Source: Octopus vulgaris (taxonomy: Eukaryota). From it: a stretch of 64,000 nucleotides of DNA. Where the stretch lies: contig OX597826.1 of NCBI GenBank assembly GCA_951406725.2, positions 17,732,001 through 17,796,000 on the forward strand, given 5' to 3'. A program made the position numbers and the translations under genes. Under the pieces are notes generated by a model. It was given only the letters and a program-made list of their open reading frames with translations, made no database searches and was not told the DNA's origin. Below are positions 24,751 to 41,580 of the stretch, piece after piece; position 1 is the first letter of the stretch; every line of letters starts with the position of its first letter.

Positions 24751-26070
24751 CCATTTACCCTTGATTACATGTATATAGAGAATATATTGAATTATAAACA
24801 GTACGAAATTCAAATTATTTTCTTATATTTCGACTTTATTTTCCTAATTTATGATTGTTGTACTAATATTTAATGTTTGTTCATGCAAAACATGGAATTA
24901 CACAGAATGTGGGATTTGACTATACAAGTGTAAAGGAATATAGATTTTCATAGGACTTTGACCACACCCTCCCTTCTTTCCTTATCTTTCCTATCCTACT
25001 TCCTAAAATTGACATCTTGAAATGTCACCTGCCCTTGTGAAGAAATGTGTTTATCTACTACATATGTGGAAAATTCTGTCTGTGAGTGTGTTTGTTTGTG
25101 GGTTTGTTATCTAACTCCTCCTACATCGTTTTATCGATTTTTATGAAACTTGACACATGAGTAGAACTCATGTTTAGAAACCTCGTGACATACTTAGATT
25201 GTTGAAAAAAAATTCATGATAGGTCCCCTGGAAGGGATCCTTATATCTACTGTATATAACAAGTATATTTTATTTAAACATCCAAGGGAAATAACCCATT
25301 CACTTCTAGAAGGGATCCTTAATATAGCCAAGGAAAATAACCCATACATCTTCGTAAGTTATTTGGTATAAATCAAGAGTATGCTTATTTCTTAGTACTC
25401 GAAGTGTTAAAGTTATTTTCGCAATTTGTCCAGTACAATGCTTAAAGAAGTAAATAGTAGTAGATCCATTTATTTCAGTTAGTGACTTATTCACAAATAT
25501 ACCAACACTAGTGCCGCTGAGGGTATTATTCTCTGGGAACGCACAAAAGCCCTTTTCAGAGTTATTTACTTTGAATTGTTATTATCTCATTTCTGATTAG
25601 CCTGTTATTATGAAACGTACCTCATGATTTTAGTATACATACCTTATTAGTATTTCCTCCTAAGTTCTATATACTCTGGGAATGCATTATTTGAATTCTT
25701 ACTACCAGGTAACTAATTTCATGTTATTACATAACTGACTTCACAATTTCAGTATTCATAACTTATTAGGAATTCCTAAAAACAAGATCCTGTGTAAGAC
25801 AGTTTTGTATTCTATGTAAATGCACAAAAACTATTTTAAGGGCTACATACTTTGTATTGTTGTTACTGGATTAGTGAAATAATTCTGAGAACGGAACTAA
25901 GGGATAAACCCCACTTTCCCAGGAATTACTGGGTGTGTCAGCTAGTTTACAAACTTGTTTCTCTACAAGAAAGGAAAGAGGAGGATAAGAAAAAAGAAGA
26001 AAAAAGAAAAATGCTTTGTATAGAATTTCAGTGGGTTGACCACATCAAATTGAAAAGAAACTTCTCTCTT

Positions 26071-26139
<69 letters not shown>

Positions 26140-26464
26140 CTGTTTGTCTGTCTATCTTTCTATCTATCTTTTCCCCATCCTTTATTATTTTTTTCCCTCT
26201 TTCTTGATTGTCCTGAAACCTCGCTTTCTGTCTATTTTTTCTCCTCCTCTTTGTTTTTTTTCTTTCTTTCCTCCTTTTTCCAAAACAACAAAAATATTTT
26301 TCTCTTCTTCTAAACAAAATAAGAAAGAAACCATCTGATTCATAATAAATGAACAATGGAACCTTCTGTTCCATTTTGGTTTTGTCTTGATAAGTTTGAT
26401 AAACAAACAAAAGTGCTAATAAAGAATTATCCAAAATTCTAACTGCCTCCTTTTTCTCAATATA

Positions 26465-26506
<42 letters not shown>

Positions 26507-26826
26507 TAATATATATAACAAAGCAGGAAAATGGAAGTTTTTGTATTATTCATTCTCCATTACACGTGTTTCATTTGCTAATAAAAAGAACGAAACTCTG
26601 TAATGGAGAACAAATGATACCAAAGTATTTCTGTTTTCCTGTTTTGTTGTTCAGCAACTGTGCAAATAATATTTCCATGATTCTCAATTTTAATGTGTTT
26701 CAACTCACATACTACAGTAACTATGGGTACCTATTGGTTATGGTAATGGAATAAGCAGGTGTGCATTAAGAAGAAACAGCTGGGATTTACACTAGCTACA
26801 TATATATGTGTGTGTGTATAGATATA

Positions 26827-28443
26827 CTAGCATTATGACCTGGCATTGCTGGGTCATAGTGCTAGTGCATGTATATATGTGTATATATATGTCTACATAT
26901 TACATGTACATCTATATATATACATTTACACATAAAATACAAAATACAAAGTAATATCTTGATATCGCTAGTGATAACAATACTCAAAATATATAACAGA
27001 CTGGAATTGTCGGCCCGTCTCCTGCAATTTTGATCAATTGTATCTTGTCCTCCCTCTTGTATAGAAGTGTGGCTACAATCCAGCCTACCTCTACTTCTGG
27101 GGGGACATTTTAAGTTTTTATCTGGGACTTAGGACGTCCCAGATATAAAGGTAAAAATAAAATATTTCCACTTTGCAAGGTTCGAGTCAAGTACTCCCTT
27201 GCACACTCCGTTGACTCAAACCTTGCTTCTATTGTGGCGAATTTACCGCCTCTGGTTAGATATCTTTCATAGTCGCACCAAGACACTTTTCGATGGTGCT
27301 TTCCTCCAGGTGTTCAAATCTTTTTTTTTCTCTACATTGTATACTTTATGGACAATAGTCTTTTCTTTAATGTAATTTTTTATTTCGTTTGGTGGTATTA
27401 TCCTAGATTCACCATCTTTGTCAGTGATCAATCCGAAATAGGTTTGTATTTCTTCCATTTTCATTTTAATGAGTTCGCACCCACCAACGGCTGCAGTGAA
27501 ATTCATTTTTGGACTTTCTTCTATCGAAGGCATTTTAACAAAAGTGCTTCCGTATAAACGGTGAAAATATTGTCAATTTCCCCCAAAAAGGACACAATTC
27601 AATTTTTAAACAGTAACCAAAGCTCCTCCCAAAGGGGGAGGGTTACGGTTTACAATTATTTAACAAATGCAACACAACAACGCTTCCCTTACGAGGAACC
27701 AACAAACGTGATAACAATAGTTAAACAGTGATAATAATAACAACAAACCTTACGGTGAATCAAATAGCAGTATGCAGTAGAAGCTTATAGTCCTTTATGT
27801 ATAAGAAATAAACCAACAGCAGTACTCTGTAGAAGCGGCTGTTCGAGAAAACAGACATTACATACAGCCAAACTTCATATAGATAATTAATGCTAGCTAA
27901 TTAGCAGATAATCTAATGTAAAAGCTGTGGTAAAGGGTATGTGCACAGCTCCATCTGGACTATTCCATTTCTTCACACTAATTTTATTTTTAATTTATTC
28001 CCATTCATGTGAAACCACTTATTCAAGTTCATGTCATTGATGCAATTTTATACCAATTGCTATTTTTACTTTTAATTATGTTACGATTTAATTATTATAT
28101 TATACTTTAGTTTGATTTTAATTATTACTTACTACATATAATTCAATTGTTATTATTATCTTTAATTTTTATTGTTAAAGTGAAAGTATCTGACATAAAA
28201 TAGAGAAATGTTTTTGTTTCACTTTTAACATGTAATACTGAAATAGTGGAGAAGATATGATATTGCTGTGGGCTCGCCCTAGGCAAAAAGTAAAAAAGTT
28301 TTTTTGCTAATGACACTCCCCGGACCCTAAGTAAGGCATGTGTAAAATTTGAATGAAATTGGTTGTGTAGTTCTCAAGTTTTAGGGAAACGCACAGACAG
28401 ACAGACAGACAGACACACATTCTCAGTTTTATATATATAGAGA
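26827..28443 (-). mobile_element. Non-autonomous Helitron-like element with captured coding-like fragment
   Basis: Minus strand begins A|TC-TCTATATATATAAAACTGAG followed by a (GTCT)n tract; ends in a hairpin and CTAG|T at 26827; internal 88-aa ORF at 27267-27533. Confidence 0.65.
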
Positions 28444-28446
28444 TGT

Positions 28447-28485
<39 letters not shown>

Positions 28486-29749
28486 TAATGTTTGTATATA
28501 TGTTTTATGTGATGTGCTGCATAAGATAGGAAACTGCATTCAGTGGTGAGGCTCCTACTCAAGAGTTTAGGAGCTTTAAGAAGTATAGAATTATCTCTGA
28601 GTCCCCACTACTGCCAAGTTTGCTATCATCTGGGGTGGTAGTAGCTTCAAAACCCCAGTTGTGGGTCAATAACAGAAGATAGTCCTGTGGCTAATAGCAT
28701 ACAGAATCCAAAGGAGGAACCAACCCCTGCACAGCAGACTAGCACATTAAACTGGTAGAAAGTAACAAGACTCTTAATGCCATATCATTCTTAGAAAAGT
28801 CTTGAATCTTCAGACTTTTGTATGGAGGTTAATGATTGTTGATGCTCCGCAGGCATGGCATGAAGAGAGTGGTGAGTGTGTGGGTTGTTAGGCTGATAAA
28901 ATACCTATAAGAAAATTGGATAACAAGTAAATAAAATAAATAGAAATCCTCCCTAATACTGCTCTGGCTTAAAATAAGTTAAAGGTCATCACATAAATTT
29001 CCTTGTAACGAGTACACATGCATCGGAGGTTGAGGGAACTTTCCTGAAAAGTTGATCTCATTTCCCAGTCGATTTTATTTAACTTCTATTGCCAATTTAC
29101 AAAGGGAAAATATTTATGTTAAATCATTTTCTTTTATTGTTAATTTTGGGGATGGTCATATTTTGCCAATTAGACACATGGTTGATATGTTTGGTCTTTG
29201 GTACAATTTTATTTTTATTAATTTTGTTTCTTTTCCAAAACCCTTTCATCACACATCTTGTAACGCCTTCGGCAACTCTTTATCGTACATGTTTCCTCCT
29301 GTTTTACTTTGTCCATTTTCCTTACATGTGTTTAACTGGCAAAAAAAAAAGACCATCGCTAAGTATAAGAATATCTGTTTCAACACATGATTCCACATCA
29401 AGAATGTTGCAAAACAAATACATAAACGTAACTTTTTTTTTATAATCCTAACACCTTCTGTCATTCTTGCGACCTAGTTTCATTTCTCATTTATGCCAAT
29501 TTCACTTCACCAACATGACTATTCTTCAGCAAAAAAAAAAAAAAAAGAGAATTCATGACTGTTTCATTTTATATTTAAAATAATTTCACTTGATTTATCA
29601 AGTTAAAAGATAAGGAAAAAGGATGAATGCTTTGCCGTTTCATTGTGTGTACAAATGAGTGATCCACAACCTATTTAAGAATTTCATAATCACTGAAATT
29701 ATTTTGCTTGAAATAAATGTCACCTACTTTCAATGTCATTTCATTGCAG

Positions 29750-29832
29750 AGAAAATATAACCCAACAGAGTTTAAAGGAACAGTGATATGTGATTCACCA
29801 AATGTAGATATTTACAGATTTAATGGATTCAT
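29750..29832 (+). CDS. ATP10: P4-ATPase exon
   Basis: ttgcag / gtatgt; RKYNPTEFKGTVICDSPNVDIYRFNGF(I); phase 0 to phase 2, compatible with both neighbours. Confidence 0.92.
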
Positions 29833-29885
29833 GTATGTATTGAAGTTTTCATTTTTGTTTATTATACAAATGACATCAATGATAA

Positions 29886-32642
29886 CACTGGGCAACAAAA
29901 GAAATTTTTTGTCATGTTATTTAAACTTTTTCAGCTGATTTAGGGTAATTTTAGGGTGCTGAATCCGAATCTGACATCAGTTTTCAGACAGGACATGTAG
30001 TTTTTTAGTTATTCACAGCATCAGATTTTCCAACCAATTGAAAATATTTACTAAGTAGTTGGCTACTTGCTTTTGATTTTCATTCATACACGCATCACTG
30101 AAACAAAAAATAAGTGCTGATTGAGGGAAATGTAGGCTACCTGTTAAATTGCCACATGAGATGAGAATTTATTTTACTTTATCGCTGTAATTATAGTAAG
30201 GTTCTCCTCACTGTACACTATTGATATTAGGTTATAGTAAGCCACTCAGACTCCCTTTTCTTGATTACTGCTAGTGCTGTTAAAACAAAGTACATAAAAT
30301 AAGAGGGCCAAGTTATATGAAAAGTAGTTTAGTAATAAGTTTAGTTATTTATTAAAGTGATCACTGTTTGAAATTTAAGATGGAAAAAATTGTTTCGTGA
30401 TAGCCATAGCTTCAGTACATTCTATGTTAATTTCAATGATTTTTTTGGAGAAATATATTTTGATGTTTTACAGTAACATTTGTAACTGATTAATTTTATA
30501 TTTTGGTTCACTGACAGGCTTCCTTGAGTGTTGATTTAGGTTATTATTGTATGTATTTATGATGAGCAGAAAAGTTTGTGTCAATCACCCGAATAGCATT
30601 TGTTACATGTATGGAAAATTTGCACCAAAAGATCAAAGAAATAAGCTTACAAAGAAATTTTTAAATGCTTATAAGCTCTGCTTTTGGATGCAAAGTTGGG
30701 GACCAAGATAAACTGTGGGCACCTCATGTTTATTGCAAAAACTGCTACATAGCACTAACCCAATGGCTGAATGGTATGCCATTTGCAGTACCAGTGATAT
30801 GGCGCGAACCAACAAACCACTATACTGATTATTATTTCTGCTTAACTAACATTACAAGCTTCTCTAAGAAGAACAAATCCAAGATTGTTTATCCAGATTG
30901 CCCTTCAGCTTTAAAACCAGTTGCTCATAATGCTGAAAATATTCCAGTTCCAGAACCTCCTTCATCTTTTGACAAAGGTAGTTTAAGGGAAGAAAGTACT
31001 ACATCTACTTCAGTTGAAAGCATGCTGAGTGATACAGAAGATCACTGTGATGAACCAGAATCTTCAAAAAAGTTTCTCATTTATGAAGTCAACTTGAGTT
31101 AAATGATTTAGTTAGAGACTTGGATTTAACAAAAGAAAAGTCAGAACTACTGGGCTCCAGGTTGAAACAATGGAATCTTTTACACAATGGTGTAAAATGC
31201 TCGTATTCTCAAAAACGGCATACAGAATTGCATGAATTTTTTACGGAGAAAGACGGTATTTGTTTTTGTTATAATGTTGAAGGACTCCTGCACGAGATGG
31301 GGTATGGCCATAATCCTGAAGAATGGAGACTCTTCATAGATTCCAGCAAATCAAGCCCCAAAGCTGTTTTGCTGCATAATGCCAATCAAAAACTTTCAAT
31401 ACTACCAGCACATGCTGTAGGATTAAGGAAAATTTATGAATCAATGGATAAAATTTTGCACTTGATTGGATAACAAGTAAATAAAATAAATAGAAATCCT
31501 CCCTGATACTGCTCTGGCATGAAGAGATTGGTGAGTGTGGGTTGTTAGGCTTCTTGGGTTGCAAATGGGGTATACAACGCATCAGTGCTTTTTGTGCCTT
31601 TGGAACAGCAGAGATAACAAGCATCAATATGATCAAAAAGAGTGACCAAAGGGAAGTGATTTCACTCCAGGGAGATACAACGTTAAATACATCCCATTAG
31701 TTGACCTTCAGAAAATTTACCTTCCTCCCTTACACATTAAACTTGGGGTGTTTAAGAATTTTGTTAAGGCCATGAATGAAGACAGAGAAGGATCCAAATA
31801 TCTCAGTGAAAAATTTGTTTGTAGCAAGAGTGAAGCTAAGATCAAAGCTGGTGTTTTTAATGGACCAGAAATTCGCACACTAATTTGTGATGATATTTTT
31901 CAAGAAAAATTAAGCCCTGTGGAGAAAAACTGTTGGGGAAAAGTTTGTTTCTCTTGTGAAAAATGTTTTGGGAAATGAGAAATCATCTATGTTGCAATTG
32001 TGAATGATTTTTTTTGAAAGCTTATAAGTAACTTGGGGCAAGAATGTCTCTAAAAATTCATTTTCTCCACTCATCGTTTTTTTTTCCAACCCAATATGGG
32101 TGATGTAAGCAATGAGCATGGTGAATGATTTCATCAAAAAAATCAAAGCACTACAGTGGCAGACTTACACCAAACATGCTGACAGACTACTGTTGGTTTT
32201 TAAAACAAAAAACAGACATGCAACAAAAGAAGATGCTAAAACTATTTTTGAAAAACATAAAATTAATAATATTCACTTTACACTTTTGTTTTGTGTTTTG
32301 TTGGTTTTAGAGCTACTTGTACATGTAGTTGCTATTCTTCATATACCAAATAGCGTTAATTTATGCTTAACATAACATACATTTTATTTGTCATGAATTT
32401 TCACATTATTGTAATTTTGATAGCACACTGGCCTGGTGCAGCCTTGGGCTTCCCAGACCCCAGTTGAACCGTCCAACCCATGCTAGCATGGAAAGCGGAC
32501 GTTAAACGATGATGATGATGATGATGATGAAAAATGTGATGTGCTGGAGCAGAAATGATTGCAGATTTGGATTCAGCACTCCCAAATTACCTATGAGCAC
32601 CATTTTGTCTAATTGTAGCAAAAATTTTGTTGTTGCCTGGTG
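29886..32642 (+). mobile_element. Full-length but decayed TIR DNA transposon (IS630-Tc1-mariner superfamily, tentatively m44-like)
   Basis: TIRs cactgggcaacaaaa / ttgttgcctggtg plus subterminal gtgctgaatcc / ggattcagcac; frameshifted transposase GDQDKLWAPH, MPFAVPVIWREP..YFC, ELLGSRLKQWNLL, WRLFIDSSK, LPPLHIKLG. Confidence 0.85.
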
Positions 32643-33290
32643 TAATCATTTCTAAATGGTTTCATCATTATTGTTAATGTTATTTCCAGCATCCTTCCTC
32701 TCTTAATCATGTGCTCTTGTTAACGGAAGAGATTTAACAGAAATTTGTTCAGTACATCTCAGCATTTTAAGTCCAGATCCTGCTAGAAGGGATTTTACTC
32801 TTTATAAGTTCCTGTTATATGCTTGGATTGATTCAGTTTCCCTAATATATATATATATATATATATACTTTTACTTGTTTTCAGTCCTGTGACTGTGACC
32901 ATGCTGGAGCACCACCTTGTTTTAGTCACACAAACCAACTCCAGGACTTATTTTTTTAAGCCTGGTACTTTATCAATCTCTTTTGCTGAACTGCTAAGTT
33001 ATATGGACATAAACACACCAACACTGGTTGTCAAGCAGTGATGAGTGGAGAAACAAAGACACATACAAACACACACTCACACACACACACACACATATAT
33101 ATATATACACATATATACACATGATGGGCTTCTTTTAGTTTCCATCTACCAAATCTACTCACAAGGCTTTGGTTGCCCCAAGGCTATAGTAGAAGACATC
33201 TGCCCAAGGTGCTACACAGTGGGACTGAACCTGGAACCATGTGGTTGGGAAGCAAGCTTCTTACCACACAGCCATGCCTGTAAATATCTA

Positions 33291-33325
<35 letters not shown>

Positions 33326-34011
33326 TTCATATACATACTCTCAATACGGCTAGCATAGATGAAAAATTTGGGCTTAGTTTTGGCTTCTGCTTTTGAAATA
33401 TGGCAAGGTTTCAATTTTGACCCACATATCTGTGTTGATCTTTCTCTGGTAATCCTCCACCAATTCTAAAGCAATCTTTGCCCTTCATAACTTTCTGGTT
33501 GCATTTCTTTCCCACTTCATCAATGCTTCTATTACACCAGTTCCTCTGCATCATACTCCCTCAGTACTATGGTCCTCTCTTTTTCACTTTCTCCAGATAT
33601 TACTTGTAGCACTTTAATATGCAGGCCAACACCATTATGCAACTGGTTCGCCCTCCTTTATATTATTTGCATGACATAACTGTCAATTGTTTATATTACA
33701 CACCTTGAACTTGCCTTTCCTACTCTCTTCATCTTTTACTTATTGTTTGTCAACGATGTTCTATATACCCACCAGATACAGCAGTTTCCATTCTTTTATA
33801 TACTCCACAATTTAGTGATAAGGTCCATCTCCAAATTAAGGCAAAGATACTTGCTATAATATCTAATATAAATGTCAGAGCTTGTATCACCACCCAACAG
33901 GGTGTGCAGCTGTGAGATGAAAGGGGTGTGTGTTAAAAAGAGAAAATAGGGGAAAAATATTAGATTATGTTACATTAACTTAAAGTTTAAATAAAATGGA
34001 CTCTTCTTTCC

Positions 34012-34058
<47 letters not shown>

Positions 34059-34684
34059 GTTTGTTCATTTATTTCTTTTCTCTTTTGTCTTAATTTAACC
34101 TTGACATCTAAAATTGTATTTCTTGTTTTCCATCATGATTAATCTAAATGTTGGAAAGGGAAATATTAAACTCATAGCAAAGTTAACATTTTCCAGTCTG
34201 TGTTTTTGTACTTATTTCATCATTACTACATAGCAACAAACACAGAAAAGAGATTTTGTTCCTATAATTCTTGAGGTTTTTTTGGGTTTTTTTTATAACT
34301 GTTTTATAATTTTTCTCTTAACTGTTGTGTTGTGCAGAGTTAAGTCAAATGCAATTGTAGTTGCATGTTATTGTTTACATTCAGAAGCTTTACTCAACAG
34401 ACAAACCAAGCTGTTACCTTGAAATGGTAACCCAGACCCAAACCTCTGCAAACTTGCAATACTATTAAATATAACAACAGTGTATCACTTAAAAACAAAT
34501 TGATTTTTTTTTGTTTAGTCTTGATATTTGTGTCGTTGTTTATTTGATCTGCATGTGCTGATGTACTCTGTTCACCCTTAACTCTTTTGATACCAACCTG
34601 CCCAAGACTATCCTGGTTCTATGATACAAACCCCCTGTTTTAAAATTATCCAAATTAAAAACTTCAATCAAAATTTCATATTAA

Positions 34685-37040
<2,356 letters not shown>

Positions 37041-37607
37041 TTAATTTCTGTTCCAAACACCAGCGATGACAAATGACTGAGATCTTCAGCAGTATGCACC
37101 CATTACACCCTCAGAGTGGCTGGCATTAGGAAGGGCATCCAGCCATAGAAACTATGCAGAATCAGACTGGAGTCTGGTGCAGCCCCTCAGTTTGCCAGCC
37201 CTGGTCAAACCAACCAACCCTTGCCAGCCAGCATAGACAATGGACATTAGATGATGATGATGATGCAGACAGAAAAATGGCAACAAAGGGATTTTAAGGA
37301 TCATGGGTGTGTTATTATCTACTTAAGTTTCTACAGTTCTATATTTAAGAGACGAGGAATTATGTACATTATTTACATTTGACAGATATTTGTCCTAATC
37401 TTTGTTAACACAATGTTTCAGCTGATACCCCCCCCCCCCCCAGCCTTCTTCACGTGTCTTGGGGAAATTTCGGACCTGGGTTCTCATTCCTAAGGTATTT
37501 TTTATGTTATCATTATTGTCTCTTTTGCCGAACTGCTAAGTTACGGGGACGAAAATATACCAGCATCAGTTGTCAAGCGATGTCGGGGAGACAAACACAG
37601 ACACACA

Positions 37608-37647
<40 letters not shown>

Positions 37648-38931
37648 GCATATACATATATACAACAGGCTTCTTTCAGTTTCCGTCTTCCAAATCCACT
37701 CAAGGCTTTGGTCGGCCCAAAGCTATAGTAGAAGACATTTGCCCAAGGTGCCACGCAATGTTTTTGTCATGTTGTAATGAATTTATCGAAACAGAATTGT
37801 AATTACATGTAATCCATTATACAGAGACATTTCATTTAATCTTAGGGCCAGGCTACTGCATCAAAATCCTAACCATTCCAAATAGACCCAATCACATGCA
37901 ATCATATCAACATGACATTAGCATCGCAATAAGAAGCAATTATTATTTTTCTTTATTTTATTTTTTGTTTTTATTGATTTTTAAATTAAGAAACAGAGAT
38001 TCAGTAGATATTCGTTTTAAATCAGAATAACTATTTAATGTCCTGACATTCACTCAACGTCCCATTAACCTTAGTCATACCATCTTCACACTATATTTTA
38101 TGGGTAACTGGGTTAAATGTAGTTTGACAACACTAATTTAATATGTCTGAATTTAGATTCTGGCATCGTTGAATAGGTTATTACATTATTTAAAAAAACA
38201 ATTTTTTTTGTGGACTGGCATTGTATGAAGGGGGAGATGCTTCTTCATCTGCTTAATGTTCCAGATAAAATAAAAGCAGTAGCTTTGTAAGTCACTCTGG
38301 CTTGTTCTGACATTTTGCTTTAATTTACTTTTACTCAAAGAAGTAGGAGGAATATGATGAAAGACAGTTCTTATGACCTTTGAAACAGTCCCATTCTAGT
38401 AACATTGATATAGATGGTGTTCACTTTCAACCTCTATAAGTCGACATCTACAGAGAAAATATCATTCAAGATGACTCTGTAGGTGATGTTCCTTAATTGG
38501 AAGTCCAGTGCAGAAAGCTCCTTTCCAAAGCGTGAGATGTCAAGAAGCTATGCTTCCTAATCAGTGGAGCATTTATCAATATTGTGTTGGGTTCTTTGGA
38601 GATTTAAAACAATAAAGCTTCAACTATAATGAATGTTAAATGTATCTTACACAAGATAATAGACATAAAAATTGTTATATTATAGAATTATTCATGTCTA
38701 TTCAATTTAATTATTTCATTCAATAATATTTACAGTTAAAAGATAGTATTTAAATGAATCAAAAAAAAAAAGAAAAAAAGAAAGGGAAAGAAGATTAAGG
38801 AAAAAGAGAATTAAGCAATGAAGGAAAGGGAGATGGGGCATAAGTTTTATTTAATTTCTGATATTTCTAATTGTTGTAACTCTCTAACTGATAGTTCTAA
38901 CATTTCTGTTTGATTTTCTGATTGTTTGTAG

Positions 38932-39038
38932 CCCTCTAGATGATGGTAACAAGATTCCTCTCAGCTACAGCAACATCCTTCTTCGAGGTTGTGTTTTACA
39001 GAATACAGATTTTGTGGAAGGATTAGTAATATATGCAG
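38932..39038 (+). CDS. ATP10: P4-ATPase exon
   Basis: ttgtag / gtcagt; PLDDGNKIPLSYSNILLRGCVLQNTDFVEGLVIYA(G), the conserved LLRGCxLxNT...YAG motif; frame not shown in the ORF track. Confidence 0.93.
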
Positions 39039-39786
39039 GTCAGTGGATCTTTTTTTCGTTCTTAAGTTGTATTCAATTACAGGCAAAATCTTGGCTTCAA
39101 ATTCTGGCACAAAACCAGCAATAATACCAGAGGAGGGGCAAAGTCAATTAAATCGACCCCAGTGCTCAATTGTTACTTATTTTATCACCCCTAAAATAAT
39201 GAAAGGTAAAGTGAACTCTGGTGGCATTTGAACCCGAAACATAAAGACATACATTGCTGCCAAATCTTCCTTAAATCCTATTGACCCATTTTAAATATAG
39301 ACAGATTCTAAGACTGCTATCAAGAGATTGCCATTATATCTGTATGCTCCCACCTAGGCACGGTTTAATTTTATGGAAGACTGGCAGTTGCCTATACAGG
39401 CAGGTCTCTTCTCAACACTTTCAATGTTGTCCAAGGAAAAGCAAGTCCAGCCAGAACAGCTTGGCATCAGTGGTGCTGCAAGTGTTGCTGCTAAAATGCA
39501 AAGTTCTGGACAGTTCTGCTCATTTACGGCCCTTGGTGGTCACTTAAATAGAAGAATAAATGAGACAATATAATCCCTGATTTTTAAATAGATAGAATGG
39601 CCATGGCTGAAATGCTTAAGCAGTATCATTTCCCATTATGTCATCAGTTAAGAAGTTTGCATCTTAGCCATATGGTTTTGGGTTCAGTTCCACTGCATGG
39701 CGCCTTGGGCAAGTGTCTTCTACTATAGCTGAAGGCTAACTAAAGCTTTGTGAGTGGATTTGTTAGATCAAAACTGAAAGATGTCC

Positions 39787-39837
<51 letters not shown>

Positions 39838-40917
39838 ATGTGTGCTTGTGTCTCCTTGCCTTGACATTGTGCGATTATTGTAAATGAATCTGATTCATGT
39901 TCAATATTACATTGAGACATGTCTGGTTATAGGAAATATTGCTTTACCTGGAAACAGTTATGGGTTGGTGACAGGAGGGGCATCTGGCTGTAGAAAGTCT
40001 GTCTCAATAAACTCCATCTGACCTGTGCAAACATGGAAAAGTGGATGTTAAAATGATGATGGTGGTGATGATGATAATGGTGACTATTGTTACAAACAGC
40101 AATGCTGATCTTTACAAAAGTGGGATTATGTGCTTATACTTATATGTGCGTGGGTCAGTGTGTACCGTACATACATACATACATATATATATATGTATGT
40201 GTGTGTATCTTTGTGTCTGTGTTTGTCCCCACATCCCTGTAACTTAGTGGTTTGGCAAAAGAGATGAATAAAACAAATACCAGGCTTTAAAAAATAAGTA
40301 CTGGGTTCGATTCATTCAACAAAAAATTCTTCAAGGCAGTGCCCCAGCATGGCTGCAGTCTAATAAAGAAAACGAGTAAAAGATAAAAGATATATATGAA
40401 CCCTTTAGCGTTTAAACTGACCATCTCCAGCTGAAATATTCTATTTGTTTTCTGTTCAGTGTGGCTGGGTCTAGCTTCTCACACTTACCCTACAATATCA
40501 TTCTAAAAATAAAGAGTCACATCTTTGAAATCTCAGTATCACAGAATAATGCATAATTAATCCAAAACAGTGTGAATAAATAAGGATTACATTTGACAGA
40601 TTAATATAACTGCTAAAGAGTTAAAGGGACCTGAGTCAGGCAAAGTTGACCTCAATATGATTTGAACAGAGTGTGCCAAGTTTTCCCAATCAAAAAGTGA
40701 AGTGTTTTCTTTGAAAATTAAGCAAACAAGGAAGCAAAGTAAATAGCCGAGTGTCAAATGCCAGCCAGTTACTATAAAATGTCTAGTGTGATTTTATCAT
40801 TATTGAAGTTGGATTCAATAAATATCTTAATTAAATTCTGTTTTTGCAGCAAAGCATGGCTGTTATCTACACTGATGTATTGAATGTTAATAGATGAGAG
40901 TTAGAATGACTAACAGT

Positions 40918-41580
40918 ACAGGGTGTTTGGGCTAAATTTGACAGTTTGCTTAAAAAGAAAAGAATATCCCATCTATAAATAAAAGTATTTTTAAAAAATC
41001 ATAAAATATCAAATAGATTTTGGTTGGGTGATAACAATTTACTCAAGGAAGCTGCACCCAGCTTCTACCACAGCCTCAAGACAGCTCCAGAGCCTGGTGT
41101 GTATGTTCCTCACTATGTCCCTAGGAAGATCTTCAAACAGCTCTTTTATCTTGGCCTCCAGCTCAGTCTTGGTGTCACAGCCAGGGTTTTACCACAGTCT
41201 GTGGGAACTTCACATAGCCATCTGAATTGAGCCTATGGCCCTGTTCAAAGATGTGACGTAGCATGATGTCACCCTCTAAAACCATCACCCTCCTGCTGAC
41301 CATGGCTTTGTAGTCTCCCTTGCTGCTGTCCATAACATGTTTTACAGTCTTTCCAGTGTTCATAGAGCATTGAACAGCAGTCATGATGCCAGCATTTTCA
41401 TACATAGAAGAAATCATCGTGATACAAGAAGGAGGAATTTATTCACAGTTTAAAGAATTTGGTCTTAGTTGGATGTGTAGTGTCAATGTACATATGCAAC
41501 AGAGCACTAGTAGCTCACTTTTTCAGGTGACAATGGCCATGAATTCATCTCCATCATTGCTTGAAAGCAAAGAACACTTT
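40918..41580 (-). mobile_element. Tc1/mariner transposon fragment
   Basis: TA-cagggtg terminus; HIFEQGHRLNSDGYVK..TVVKPWL and CLEAVVEAG motifs on the minus strand. Confidence 0.7.
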
